DNA of 64,000 bases from Octopus sinensis (taxonomy: Eukaryota), in the NCBI RefSeq assembly GCF_006345805.1, contig NC_043022.1:8246001-8310000 (forward strand). The letters run 5' to 3'. Positions 25,245-38,419 of this stretch are shown piece after piece. Under the pieces are notes generated by a model, which ran no database searches, was not told the origin of the DNA, and worked only from the letters and a program-made list of their open reading frames with translations. Both the position numbers and the translations under genes were made by a program. How positions within the stretch are numbered: the stretch's first letter is position 1; the number at the start of each line of letters is the position of its first letter.

Positions 25245-25398
25245 CAATGGGCTCTTCTTTCAGTTTTCATCTCCCAAATCTGCTCACAAGGCCTGGGGTT
25301 GCAGTGGAAAACAGTTGTCCAAAATTCCACGCTGTGGGACTGAATCCAAAACCACATTATTGGAAAACAAACTTCTTAACCACACAACCACGCCTGCT
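25245..25398 (-). mobile_element. Family A SINE head
   Basis: CTTCTTTCAGTTTTC...GTGGGACTGAA...CTTAACCACACAACCACGCCTG. Confidence 0.75.
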
Positions 25399-25416
25399 CT
25401 TATGTATATAAGTCCA

Positions 25417-25760
25417 TCCCCTCCTCGCCGTGGTGGGGACGCTGGCAATGGGTAGTGTCAGAGCTATGTCATCGGGAACTTCGGTTCCTGGTAGGGCCAC
25501 CCAAGGCGAATTGGTCTGAAACCGAGTGGTATTAGGGCCACAACCCTGCAGACGGGGCTCTGGTGAAAATCCTCGGAGTGTCTGTTTCGGCAACCGGCGG
25601 CTCCTTGGTCATTCTGTCCCTGCGTCTGCGGACAATCTGAGGCAAACAGGATGTCTCTACATGTGGGATTGTTGGGAACCGCTTGTGAAATCCACATATT
25701 CCCACGAAACTTCTTCCAGGGAATAAGCCGACTCAACCCGCCCAGGGTGAATGTCACCAC
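25417..25760 (+). mobile_element. Orphan 5' end/5' UTR of an RTE-clade LINE, GC-rich and structured
   Basis: CCTCGCCGTGGTGGGG...GAGCTATG...GGTAGGGCCACCCAAGGCG...GGTC resembles BovB/RTE-1 5' termini as I recall them; CpG-rich; no downstream ORF. Confidence 0.6.
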
Positions 25761-25774
25761 AAGTACAAATAGTA

Positions 25775-26286
<512 letters not shown>

Positions 26287-26679
26287 TAGGTATGTAGGTA
26301 TTTATGTAAATATGTATATAAGTATGCATGTGCGTATAGGCTTGTGTGTATGCATATGTATGTATGTGTGAATGTATGCATGTATGTATGAATGTATATA
26401 TGTGCTTATTTAGATAGATATATATATAGAGGCTCTTGCTCAGAAGAAGAAAGCTGGTTGTTTCTCTCATAACATTTATAGAAGTTTATTCTGAGGAAGT
26501 TTAAGAAGAGAGGCAGTGCAGGTGGGCAGAAGGTTTGAATAGATGCTTTATGGTATATATTTCAATGACACACAGTTAGTTTGGTGTTCTAAGTTTGACA
26601 TGGTTATGTTTGCTTTCCATTCTCCTGTAAGGAGGATGAAGAAAGCAAGTATCAATTCAGTCTTATATCAGCAAAATCA

Positions 26680-26865
26680 TTATTGTTACTACTATTATTA
26701 TTATTATTATTATTCTATGTTTGACTTTTGCTTTACATTTGCACAAGCTGGTTCCAGGTCTCGCCCAGAGACCTCATGAGACAACAAGTTGGAAGTTCGT
26801 GTTAGTGTTATGCCTAGGGTGCCATATATTTGGTTTTGTACTTAGTGTTGTACTAGTGAATGCCT
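26680..26865 (-). mobile_element. LINE 3' UTR with (TAA)n tail
   Basis: Minus strand ...GCAAAAGTCAAACATAGAATAATAATAAT; family not resolvable from this window. Confidence 0.45.
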
Positions 26866-26900
26866 AAAAAAAACCATACGAAAATTATGTTTGTTTTAAA

Positions 26901-26947
<47 letters not shown>

Positions 26948-26957
26948 CATCATTATT

Positions 26958-27140
26958 AGACAGTAAGCTGGTAGAATTGTTAGCACGCCAAGCAAAATGC
27001 TTAGTGGCATTTCATCCGTCTACATGTTCTGAGTTCAAATTCCGCCGAGGTCGACTTTTCCTTTCATCCTTTTGGGGTCGATAAATTAAGTACCAGTGAA
27101 ACACTGGGGTCAATGTAATCAACTAGTCCCTACTCCACAA
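26958..27140 (+). mobile_element. Family B SINE
   Basis: AAGCTGGTAGAATTGTTAGCAC...TTCAAATTCCGCCGAGGTCGACTTT. Confidence 0.85.
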
Positions 27141-27149
27141 AGTCAGTCA

Positions 27150-27842
27150 AGTCAGTCAAAACATTTTATTCATTTATCAGTCAAAATGTATTATGTGTTT
27201 TATATCTGAGAAAATATTGATTAAAACATGTCAGTATCAATTTGTCAATCAAAATATATTTTATGTCAGTCAAAACATATCATTCATTTAATATCAATCA
27301 AAATATACTGTTCATTTAATATCAGTCTAGACATATTAATTATTTAATATCAATCAAAATATATGGTTCGTTTTATATCAGTTGAGATATATCATTCACT
27401 TAATATCAATCAAAATATACTGTTCATTTTATAGCAGTCAAAACATATTGATTAAAATATATGAGTCAAAATACACCAGTCGAAATATATATTTTACATC
27501 AGTCAAGCATACCATTCATTTAAAATCAATCAAAACATTGTTTTACATTATATCAGTCAAAAATTTGATTAAAACATGTCAATCACAATATATCAATCAA
27601 AATATATTGCTATGTCAATTAAAACATACCATTCATTTAATATCAATCAAAACATACTGTTCAGTTTATATCAGTCAAGACATATCATTCATTTAATATC
27701 AATCAAAATATACTGTTCATTTTATGTCAGTCAAGATATGCTATTAATTTGATATCAATCGAACCATACCATTCATTTTACAGCAGTCAAAACATATTGA
27801 TTAAAACATGTCAATCACAATACATCAATCAAAATATGTCAG
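27150..27842. repeat. AT-rich minisatellite, ~28-bp monomer with alternating ~56-bp dimer
   Basis: ATCAATCAAAATATACTGTTCATTTAAT alternates with ATCAGTCAAGACATATCATTCATTTAAT. Confidence 0.85.
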
Positions 27843-27949
27843 AGATGTGTATCAGGCAAATTATTATCTATGAACTACATTACTTGATATATTCATATCA
27901 AATAACCAGAAAATTCAAATTAAAGCCATACAGAAGAGATAAATCAAAA

Positions 27950-28134
27950 CGTAAGTGTTTAAAAGTTTGCTTCCCAACCACGGGATTCCATGTTCAATAC
28001 CAGTGTGTGGCACCTTGGGCAATTGTCTTTTGCTATAAACCTGGGCTAACCAAAGTCTTGTGAGTGGATTTGCTAGACAGAAACTGAAAGAATCCTATTA
28101 TATCTTTCTATCTATCTATTTACCTATCTATCTA

Positions 28135-28197
<63 letters not shown>

Positions 28198-28216
28198 ATC
28201 TTTTTATCTATGTACA

Positions 28217-28264
<48 letters not shown>

Positions 28265-28279
28265 AATCTATTTATCTAT

Positions 28280-28365
<86 letters not shown>

Positions 28366-28672
28366 GTATATAAATATATATACGTATGTATATGAATATA
28401 CATGTGTGTGTGTATGTATATATATATATATATATATATATCTGTGTCTATCTTTGTGTTTGTATTTGCCCCTATACCCACTGCTTGACCACCAGTGTTG
28501 GTTTGTTTTCATCCCTGTAACTAAACTGTTAGGCAAAAGAAACAAAAGAAGTGTCTGACTTGATTTTTAAAAAAAATAAGTACTGGGGTTGATTTGTTTG
28601 ACTAAAACTTCTCAAGCTGGTGCCCCAGCATGGCCACAGTCAAATGACTGAAACAAGCAAAACATAAACAAT
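27950..28672 (+). mobile_element. Family A SINE with ~300-bp (CTAT)n/(CTGT)n expansion
   Basis: Head, CORE-like GTGGCACCTTGGGCAA and tail flank the microsatellite. Confidence 0.85.
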
Positions 28673-29069
28673 AAAAAAAAAACATATTAGCCAAATCCAG
28701 CTCTAGAAACATTACAGTTAAACGAGCCTTGATATAATGAGTCCAAGCAAAATATTCTAAAAAAAGGCAAAAGAAAAAAAAAACATGTCAATCATATCTT
28801 GTCACTCAACTGTGAAAAAAAACCCCAAAAACAGGTTCAAAAAAAGAAATTTTAAAAAGGGTCAAAAAGATTGATAGGAAGGAAACTCGAGAAATTACAT
28901 TGATGGAAAAATACTTGAGAAATACCACAATTCCATAATTTCATTTCATAGTCTATTATCAATACTTGAAAATGTTTTTCCAAACTGACATCCAACAGTC
29001 ATAATAAATATTGATTTTTTTTTAAAACTAACTTTGGCACAAGATCAAGATTTTTCTGTAAAGAAGAGG

Positions 29070-29272
29070 GTATCATCATCATCATCACCATCATTATCCT
29101 CGTCGTCGTTGTTGTCGTCACCACCACCAATATCTCCACCAGCACCACCACCAGCACCACCACCACCACCACCTGCACCACCAGCACCGCCGCCGCCGGC
29201 ACCACCACCACCACCACCGCCATGACGACAACGACCACCACCACCACCAACACCACCACCATCATTATCATT
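29070..29272. repeat. (CAT)/(CAC)/(CCG) trinucleotide low-complexity tract
   Basis: Seen directly. Confidence 0.9.
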
Positions 29273-29784
29273 TAACATTCTTGCATTGACTGGTTTGCTA
29301 GGAACAGGTTAGCCAGAGGGCTTGTGCCAGTCAAGCACCAATGATAATTTGGTAGATGGAAACTGAAAGAAGCCTGTATTGTATATATATATATATATGT
29401 GTGTGTGTATTAGTGTTTGTCATCCTATATTGTTTGACAATGGAGAAGGTTGAGAAAGAGAGAGGACTCGTATTTCATTTATCATCCCTGAACGGATAAA
29501 AGACGAAATTGATTCTGCCAGGTTTTGAACTCAGAGCGCAGAGCACCAGAACTAATACTGCAAAGAAGCATGTTTATCTGATGTTCTAACGAATCTGCTA
29601 ATATATTCCACATTAGGCAGTTAGGTTAAGTAACCTCCACAGACAGTCCATCAGCCCACCGTCTCCTCTTTAGCTTGTCTTATATGCTCTGCTGAGCTTT
29701 AACAGATCTTCACAAATTGTCTCATGTCTTGTTTGTTGTTGCATTCTTTTCTCTAAGTTGATTTTTCGAGTTAAAAATCAAAAC

Positions 29785-30245
29785 AAACGATGATGAGGAT
29801 GATAAGAAGGAGGTGATGGTGGAAGAAAAAGAAGGAGAAGAAGAAGAAGAAGAAGAAGAAAGAAGAAGAAGAGAAGAGAAGAAGAAGAAAAAGAAGAAAA
29901 AGGAGAAGAAGAAGAAGAAGAAGAAGGTGGTGGCAGCAGTGGTGTTGGTGGTGATGATGATGGAGAGGAGGAGGAGGAGGAGGAGTAGAGGGGGAAAGAA
30001 GAAGGAGAAGAAGAACTGGGAAAAGAAGGAGGGAGAGGAGGAGGAAAAAGATGGAGGGGAGGATGAAGAGGAGGCGTAGGAGGGGGAAGAAGAAGTTGAT
30101 GATGATGATGATGATGATGATATGAGGAGGAGGGGAAGAAAACAGAGGAAGAAGAAGATTAAGTATAAGAATAAGAAGAAGAAGAAGAGGCAATGAGGAC
30201 AAGAACAAGAAGAATCAAAAGACGAGGAAAAAAGAACAGACAATA
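29785..30245. repeat. Purine-rich (GAA/GAG/GAT)n tract
   Basis: Seen directly. Confidence 0.9.
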
Positions 30246-30609
30246 CAAAGTAAGACTAAGAAATCTCTAGAACCAAGAATCAATACAACGTACTAAGGAA
30301 CGGTTTCCCCGCTCTCCCCTTCACTAACAAAATTAATGGTAAACTATTTTCAGCAGCTAAATAAAAAGAAAAACCAGGAAAAAAAAATTAGCCAAAACTA
30401 TACAAAACAACAGCAAGATGCTTTCGTGGTCAGTGACATTATGAGTTAGCTTACGTCACTTTTCATCTTGTGAAGTTGCGTTTCTTATTCTTATGGATTC
30501 ACATTGAAAAATTGTTTTCGTTTTTTTTTCTTCATTGTATTATCAAAATATTGATATACACCAACTTAGCAGAATGGTTAACGCTAATTTTTTTATTTAT
30601 TCCGTTCTA

Positions 30610-30772
30610 ACTTTTTCTTCTTATCCACCTCTTTCTTCTCATCTTTCACTTTCTTCCCCTTCTTCTCCACCTCTTCTTCTTCTCCTTCTCCTCCTCCTCC
30701 TTCTCCTTCTTCTTCTTCTTCCACCTATTGTTGTTGTTGTTGTTCTTATCTTCCACCTCTTGTTGTTGTTGC

Positions 30773-30815
<43 letters not shown>

Positions 30816-30880
30816 CTCCTCCTCCTCCTCCTCCTCCTCCTCCTTCTCCTTCTTCTTCTTCTTCTTCTTCTTCTGCCCAT
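30610..30880. repeat. Pyrimidine-rich (TTC/CTC/TTG)n tract
   Basis: Seen directly. Confidence 0.9.
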
Positions 30881-31093
30881 GCTCTTACTCCTTCATCTTT
30901 AAAATGACACTCACTATATATAATTAAATTGCTGATACTGACACGAGCTAGCCTCTCCATTATGACCAGTGGCCCAGCAACAAAATTTGCTAAGGGGGTG
31001 CAAACCCAGGTCCTAATTTTTTTATGAAAAATGTGGATTTTTCCAATGTTAACATTACAATAAATGCAGGTATAATAATAATTTTTATTATTA

Positions 31094-31590
31094 TGGGGGT
31101 CGGCTGAAATGTTCATAATCTGAGCAAGACACTCTCAATGGAATGTGACCAAATGAAGTTCATTTTCTAACATAGTTTCTCTTACTGTCCACACACTTCC
31201 ATTAGTAGTTGCAGTGCTTGGATCGCACTGGTGAAGAAGCTTTTCTGTTGATCAAAATGGTCATCAACAACAGATAAGATGTTCTCATCATAGTGATACT
31301 GGTGCTCAGCTGAGTGTTTTTCTATGTTGGGAAATAGATGATAACCAGAAGGAACCAAATCACTAACATAGGGAGGATGATCAACCAGTTCAAAGCCAGT
31401 AACACACAGCAGCCATTGAAACCAAGGACTTGTGTGCTGAAGCTTTGTCCTAATGAAACAAGACCCCATTCATCAGTTTTTCTAGGTGTTTGGTCTTGAT
31501 AGCCTTTCATAACTGCCTTAGGAAGTTGGCATTGAAATTTTCCATTGATGGTGTGATCATTTTGAAGATAGCCAATAAACACAATATTTT
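31094..31590 (-). mobile_element. Mariner transposon 3' half with TIR, frameshifted
   Basis: GFELVDHPPYVSDLVPSGYHLFPNIEKH (YSPDLAPSD-type motif); terminus TA|TGGGGGTCGGCTGAAATGTTCATA. Confidence 0.85.
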
Positions 31591-31884
31591 TTGCATTAAT
31601 GCATAGTATATAATAATGTGAAGTATATTTTGCATATTAAAATGTTTAATTTTGGAAATGTATCAAGCAGAGCTAACGTAAGCAGTAAAAATACAAATTG
31701 CAAGTATTTCAAAATCTGGGACACTACATGACAAAAACTAACAAAAAAAAAGGGGGGGAAGAAAATAGTGGTGATTGTGTTCCAAAGGTACAATGGGAAG
31801 GCTCAGGGAAGGATAGAGAGATGGGGTAGAGGGAAGGAAGTTAGAAGGAATGAAAAGTGAAAAGATAAACTGGGGATCTGAAAT

Positions 31885-32095
31885 GAGTACTAGGCAGGAG
31901 ATTGGCCCTGTGCCGGTGGCACGTAAAAAGAGCACCCACTACATTCTCAGTGGTTGGCATTAGGAAGGGCATCAAGCTGTAGGAACACTGCCAGATCAGA
32001 CTGGAGCCTGGTGCAGCTTCCTGGCTTCCCAGGCCCCAGTCGAACCATTCAACCTATGTCAACGTGGAAAATGGACATTAAACGATGATGTCTTA
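31885..32095 (+). mobile_element. RTE 3' UTR (family C)
   Basis: GTGCCGGTGGCACGTAAAAAGAGCACCCACTAC...TTAAACGATGATG. Confidence 0.85.
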
Positions 32096-32139
32096 CCTAT
32101 GCACTAGTCAAGCAGAAAAACGATGAGTGATAAAAAATT

Positions 32140-33200
32140 GGATTGTCTTACTGAGTGATGCTAGCACCCCCTCAGCCTTTTTGACAATCTTAGATATGTG
32201 GTTTGTCCAATGCAGATTGTTGTTTACAATAATACCCAGATCATGTCCACTAGAAGACTTCTTGAGATTGGTGTTGCTGAGGGAGTATGTAAAGGCTGGA
32301 TTTTTCCTCCCAAAATGCATGGTGACACACTTGTCTACAGCTAGCTTGAGTTGCCAGTCAGAGGTCCACTGCTGCATTGTATCCAGGTCTGATTGCAGGA
32401 TAGCAAATGTTCTTTTTATTTCAAGGTACAGCTTGGTGTCATCTGTATATTTCAATATTTCAGTACTGAAACATTCCTCAAATTGGTATCTATATCATTA
32501 ATATATGCAACCAACAGTAAAGGTCCAAGAACAGATCCCTGTGGTACACCAGAAGTAATCTCGTAGGGTGAAGAACGATGTCCTAGAACCGTAACTACAT
32601 CTTTCCGGCCGAGAATGAAGGACTTCAACCAGTTATAGAGATCATCCTTCAGGGAGTTTTACCATGAGTCATTTGTGTGGTACAGAGTTGAAGGCTTTAG
32701 CAAAATCAGGGTAGACAGTATCCACCCATGAGCTGCCATCAGGTGATGTCCTCAAGAAACTTGACTACAGCAGCAGGAGTTGGGGATAAAACCAAATTGT
32801 GAGGGCTAAATAAGGCTGTGAGAGCACTAAAAGTTCCACAGTGTTTCCCTGACACGGGATTCCATCAGTTTGGCGATGCATCTTGTAAGGCTGACTGGAC
32901 AGTAGTTGACAGGTGATGTACTATCACCTGTTTTGAACAGGGGAATAACACTGGCAATTTTCCAGTGCTCTGAAGTGACACAGTTGTTAAAGCAGAATTG
33001 ACAAAAGGAAGAAAGCTGGTGCAATAGAAAGAACCCACCACGTTTGAGAAGAAAATAAGTTACACCATCAAGACCAGGAGAGGCATAGTTGTGTTTATTC
33101 TTGAGGTGGTGTCACAGCATTGTGGGTGTGAATTTCACTGATGTTATGGAATTTGATGTCAGAGTTGGTGAAGAAAAGTATACACAGTAAACATCAAAAG
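32140..33200 (-). mobile_element. CR1-clade LINE reverse-transcriptase core, pseudogenised
   Basis: WKIASVIPLFKTGD..NYCPVSLT; SGVPQGSVLGPLLLVAYIND; KYTDDTKLY; DLGIIV...WTNHISKIVKKA; stops and frameshifts. Confidence 0.9.
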
Positions 33201-33615
33201 AAGGGAAGTGTACATAGTATATGGCACTATGAAAACAGGAATGGTAATTCACTTTTATTGCCTCAAGGGGAACAGTTGGATAACATTACTTTGGCAAATT
33301 ACTGAGCAGAGCCTGTAAGGGTTTTCAATTCAGTATAAGAACATAAGCAGCGAAGAAACAGCAGTGCCCCAGCATGGCCGTAGTTGATTGGCTGGAACCA
33401 TTAAAAGTGTAAGAACTATGTCTAGCTACAATGAAGTGTCCAGTCTTCTCTAGTCTCAATTAAGTCTGCTACCCTACATATTATTCAAATATTGAACACT
33501 ACTTTCTTGCAGTCTTTTTATTTATGAGTTCATTGCCGAGTTAAGAGATCAATATCCTTAATCTCTGCATAGACAGAGTGATCAATACACAGACAGGGAG
33601 ATAGATAAAGGAGTT

Positions 33616-33687
<72 letters not shown>

Positions 33688-33719
33688 CAGACAGGCCAGG
33701 AGGTAGATACAGAAAGATA

Positions 33720-34275
33720 TACATATATACAAGGAAAAGATACATACACACACACACACATATACACAAATATATGTGTACATGTGTATGTATATGCATA
33801 TACATATACATTTATATATATATATAGATATATATATATGTACACATAAATATATAGATATATATGTGTATATATGTATACACATAAATACATTATATAG
33901 ATGTATGTGTGTGTATACATACATACACATATATAAATATGTATGTATATATGTAGAATATATGTATATATATATGTGTGTGTATATATACATATATATT
34001 CATAAATATATATATATGTGTATATATATATATATTCATATATATACATATATGTATATATATATACATATATGTGTGTGTATATATATATATACACACA
34101 CATATATAATAACAGACACAAACACAAAAAAATTGCAAAAAAATTAATAGATTTATAGACTTATCTCATGTGAGCAGTACCAAGATTATACATACATACA
34201 TACATATATATTTATATTTATATATACACACACATACCAATATATATATATATTATACATATATTATATATATAT

Positions 34276-34307
<32 letters not shown>

Positions 34308-34341
34308 GTTATGCACTCATTATCATCTTTTGACATTTACT

Positions 34342-34379
<38 letters not shown>

Positions 34380-34450
34380 TAATGGGTATCCACAAGTAAC
34401 CAATGAATATACATATATCTAAATACACACACACACACACACACACAAAT
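33720..34450. repeat. Compound (TA)n/(TG)n/(CA)n region
   Basis: Seen directly; an (AG)n tract precedes it at 33620-33682. Confidence 0.9.
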
Positions 34451-34863
34451 TTAAATATTATGAAGCTTATCTGTGGGTGAAATAATACAATTCTTCAATG
34501 ATTCTTACATGTAGAAAGGGCAAGTGTCCTGATGGGCCAGCTTTCTTCCCCAATGGAAAGCAGACAGCATTCAGTAACTGTATTAAGCAGTCATTAATTA
34601 AACTGGCACTGTAGTTGATAACTTCTGACTGTTATTAATTGATTAATTAATTAGATAATTAACGAATATATTTTTTATGCACAATTCAATGTGATTTAGA
34701 AAATCTGAAATAAATTTGAATATTTAAAAACCCGGTTGCAGGTGTATTAAAAACGGAAATATATTCTTTCTATGCTTTTATGAGTGAAAAAAAGAGGCAA
34801 GATTCTCCTGAATTATGGATTGTTGACCACTGCTCAGGGAAGACATACTCAGGTTACTTCCAG

Positions 34864-34884
34864 CATCAGCAGCAGCATCAGCAG

Positions 34885-34941
<57 letters not shown>

Positions 34942-34942
34942 T

Positions 34943-34990
<48 letters not shown>

Positions 34991-35290
34991 GTTTAACGTC
35001 CGTTCCCCATGCTTGCATGGGTTGGACGGTTCGACTGGGGATCTGGGAAGCCAGAAAGCTGCACACGGCTCCAGTCTGATCTGGCAGTGTTTCTACAGCT
35101 GGATGCCCTTCCTAATGCCAACCACTCCGTGAGTGTAGCGGGTGCTTTTTACATGCCACCGGCACAGGTTCCAGGCGAGGCTGGCAACTGCCACGATCGG
35201 ATTGGTGATTTTTACGTGCCACCGGCATGGAAGCCAGTCAAGGCGGCGCTGGCATCAGCCATGTTCGGATGGTGCTTTTTACGTGCCACC
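34864..35290 (-). mobile_element. RTE 3' UTR (family C) with tail expanded to about 40 (GAT) units
   Basis: (CAT)n 34864-34990, then CGTTTAACGTCCG..CCATGCT.GCATGGGTTGGACG and the internal GTGCCACCGGCA repeats. Confidence 0.9.
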
Positions 35291-35604
35291 AAAATATTCA
35301 GCTATTGGATTGTGAAATAAATTTGTTCATTCCTTTCCAATGTTATTTGAATTTACACAAAAAATATTTTTATCATAACTGAAATACATTTAAATATCAC
35401 AAAGCCTTGCAGTGGGCAAAATAAAAATGTGAACACATTATTTCTTTGATTTTGAGGTCCAGAAAAAGAAAATGTAACATGACTTCCGTTGAACTGTTTC
35501 ATGGTTTGTTAATCACGTTTTAGACAAGGCATACTTGGACTTTTTCCAAAATTCATAGAATAGAATATTCAGCTTCTATATATGGCAAGTAGAAATATCT
35601 GTCA

Positions 35605-35960
35605 GTCTGAGGAATTTGCTTCTGAACCACATGGTCTCAGGTTCAATCTCACTGCATGGCATTTTGGGTAAGTGTCTTCTGCTATAGCCTTGGGCTGACC
35701 AAATCCTTATAAGTGGATCTGATCAATGGTAACTAAAAGAAGCCTGTTGTATATGTGTGTGTGTGTGTCTTTGTTTACCACTGTTTGACAACTGCGGTTG
35801 GTGTGTTTATGTCCCCATAACTTAATAGTTTAGCAAAAGTGATCCATAGAATAAGTACCAGGTTTAAAAAAAAAACAAAGAAAGTACTGGTGTTGATTCA
35901 TTCAACTGAAGGCGGTGCTTCAGCATGGCCACAGTTTAACAACTGAAACAAATAAAAGAG
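35605..35960 (+). mobile_element. Family A SINE, decayed
   Basis: AATTTGCTTC..AACCACATGG...GGTTCAATCTCACTGC...CAGCATGGCCACAG. Confidence 0.8.
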
Positions 35961-35961
35961 A

Positions 35962-35994
<33 letters not shown>

Positions 35995-36218
35995 ATATTT
36001 CTGCAATATAAGTGTGTTCTGTCCTATTTATGCTATTAAGCATTATTATTATGCTTTTGAGAAGAAAATATTTCCATATCTATTTATTTGTGTGTGTGTG
36101 TATGTATAAATGTGTGTGTGTGTGTGTGTGAGGCTATTTAAACGTCTAATTGAATACACACACACATGCACACACACACACACACACATATATAAATATA
36201 TACATATATACTTATATA

Positions 36219-36273
<55 letters not shown>

Positions 36274-36671
36274 TATATATATACATATATATACATATAT
36301 ATAAACATATATATATACCTATATCTATCTATCTCTTTGCAAATATGATGTTGATATTTTGATATTGCTTTCCTTTTATTTTTGGATTGCTTTAGTGATT
36401 GGACTGTACCCATGCTGGGGTACAACCTTGAGGGGTTTGGTCAAGTAAATTAACCCCAGTACCTTCTGTTTCTCGCCCTTGGGTCCCCACGAAAAATACA
36501 TATTACCTACAACAGATCCAAAAGTGGTACCTGGGGCACATACATTCTGATATTGCTTTCTGTTTTCTTTTACTTCTTTCAGTCATTGGGTACAATTTTG
36601 AAGGGCTTAAACAAACAAATTGACCCCAGTGCTTATTTTTATGCTTTATTTTTAAAGCTCTCTTGCTGTGC

Positions 36672-36840
36672 CACTAGTGTAGCTAGAATATGTACTGCCG
36701 AGGCTAGCGCTTTAGTTTGCTGCCCCTGGGTCCCCACAAAAGATACATATCGCCTACAGCAGACCCAAAAGTGGTACCACCCCCATAAAAGTGCCTGTTG
36801 GGGTGAACCTCCCCTCTGCTCCCCTCCAACTACGCTAGTG
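36672..36840. mobile_element. CA-terminated MITE with degenerate 8-bp TSD (hAT/P-like)
   Basis: TGCTGTGC|CACTAGTGTAGC ... ACTACGCTAGTG|TACTGAGC. Confidence 0.6.
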
Positions 36841-36939
36841 TACTGAGCCGCTAAGCTATAGTGATATAATGAAACTTACAATCGTCAAGCAGTGGTGAGG
36901 GGCAACACTCACACAAAGACACACGCTTATTTGTATGCA

Positions 36940-37634
36940 TACATACATATATACATACATACACAGATGCACACATACATCATACATACATACATACATA
37001 CATACATTCATACACACATACATGCATGCATACACACACATACATTCATTCAGTCATATGCATATACACACACACATATATATATATTATATATATATAT
37101 ATATATTATATACATATATATATACATACATAGATACATACATACACACATACATACATACATACAAACATTCATACACACATACATACATACATTCATA
37201 CATGCATACATACATATGTACATACATTCATACATACATACAAACATTCATACACACATGTATTTATGTATGAATGTATGTATGTATATATGTATCTATG
37301 TATGAATGCATGCCTACATACCTACATACATTTATACATGCATGCATGCATACATACATATGTACGTACATACATACATTCATATATACACGCATTCATA
37401 CATATGTAGATACATACATACATACATTCATACATACATGCATACATATATACATATATACATACATACATTCATACATTCGTACATTCGTACATGCATG
37501 CATTCATACATACATATATATATATATATACATACATTCATACATGCATACATACATTCATACATATAAATATATATATACATACATTCATACATACATA
37601 CATACACACATACATACATACATACATACATACA

Positions 37635-37665
<31 letters not shown>

Positions 37666-37670
37666 GTATA
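36940..37670. repeat. (TACA)n/(CATT) compound microsatellite
   Basis: Seen directly. Confidence 0.95.
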
Positions 37671-37936
37671 AGTGACTGATAAAATAAGTATCAGGCTTAA
37701 ACGAAAAATTCGTAGTGGAGTCAATTCATTTGACTAAAAAAATTTTCTTCAAGTTCGTGCTACAGCATGGCCGCAATCTAATGACTGAAACAAGTAAAAA
37801 ATAAAAGCTGTGATCCAAATTTAATGGAAAAATACTCTGCAGACTGCGACAGTCAATAAAATGGTAATAAATTTCAAAATTTATTCTGTCTGTAGGTCTC
37901 AGTATCAAATGATGCATGACTTCCATGGTTCTGGAT

Positions 37937-38303
37937 CAGTGGTGTATGGAATTTTTCGTATTGGGTGTGCAGCAACACCCAATGCCACCAAATTTCAAGC
38001 AGGGATCAACCAAATCTACAAGTGGCCTACCAACCACAACCAACCCCAACATTTTTTGTGTATAAATGTTAACTCTGATACACATGGTACATTGACTCTT
38101 TCTAGCCTTCTTTTATTTAAGGCATCAAGGTTTGACTAGAAGGGAGATTTAGCTGCTATTTCTAACATATCAGGTGACCGCATAGGGCTCCCTGACTGGT
38201 TCTGATTAAGTTAATGAGTAAGGTTAATATTTATAATGAATGAATTTGCCATTTTCGATAGGTGTGCAGCACACACCTAGCACACCCGGAGCATACGCCC
38301 CTG
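37937..38303. mobile_element. CAG-terminated MITE with 8-bp TSD (hAT/P-like)
   Basis: TTCTGGAT|CAGTGGTGTATG ... CATACGCCCCTG|TTCTGGAC; subterminal GGTGTGCAGCA in both arms. Confidence 0.75.
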
Positions 38304-38419
38304 TTCTGGACCCCTACATTAGACAAATACATGACGGTCACGGTTGGAACAACTTTGATCATAACTCTACCCGACGGAAAAAAGAAAAAAAAAATGAAAA
38401 TTAATGTATATAAAAAAAA

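Noticed and set aside
27150-27842. CRISPR-like periodicity
   Set aside because: Degenerate tandem monomers without unique spacers, eukaryotic context, no cas genes.
28999-30927. Poly-Pro/Gly/Glu/Leu ORFs
   Set aside because: Trinucleotide low-complexity tracts only.
34780-35079. Poly-His ORF (MSEKKRQDSPELWIVDHCSGKTYSG...)
   Set aside because: The His run is the reverse of an RTE (GAT)n tail and the rest is RTE 3' UTR; the short unique N-terminus is unrecognised and has only a weak GAG acceptor.
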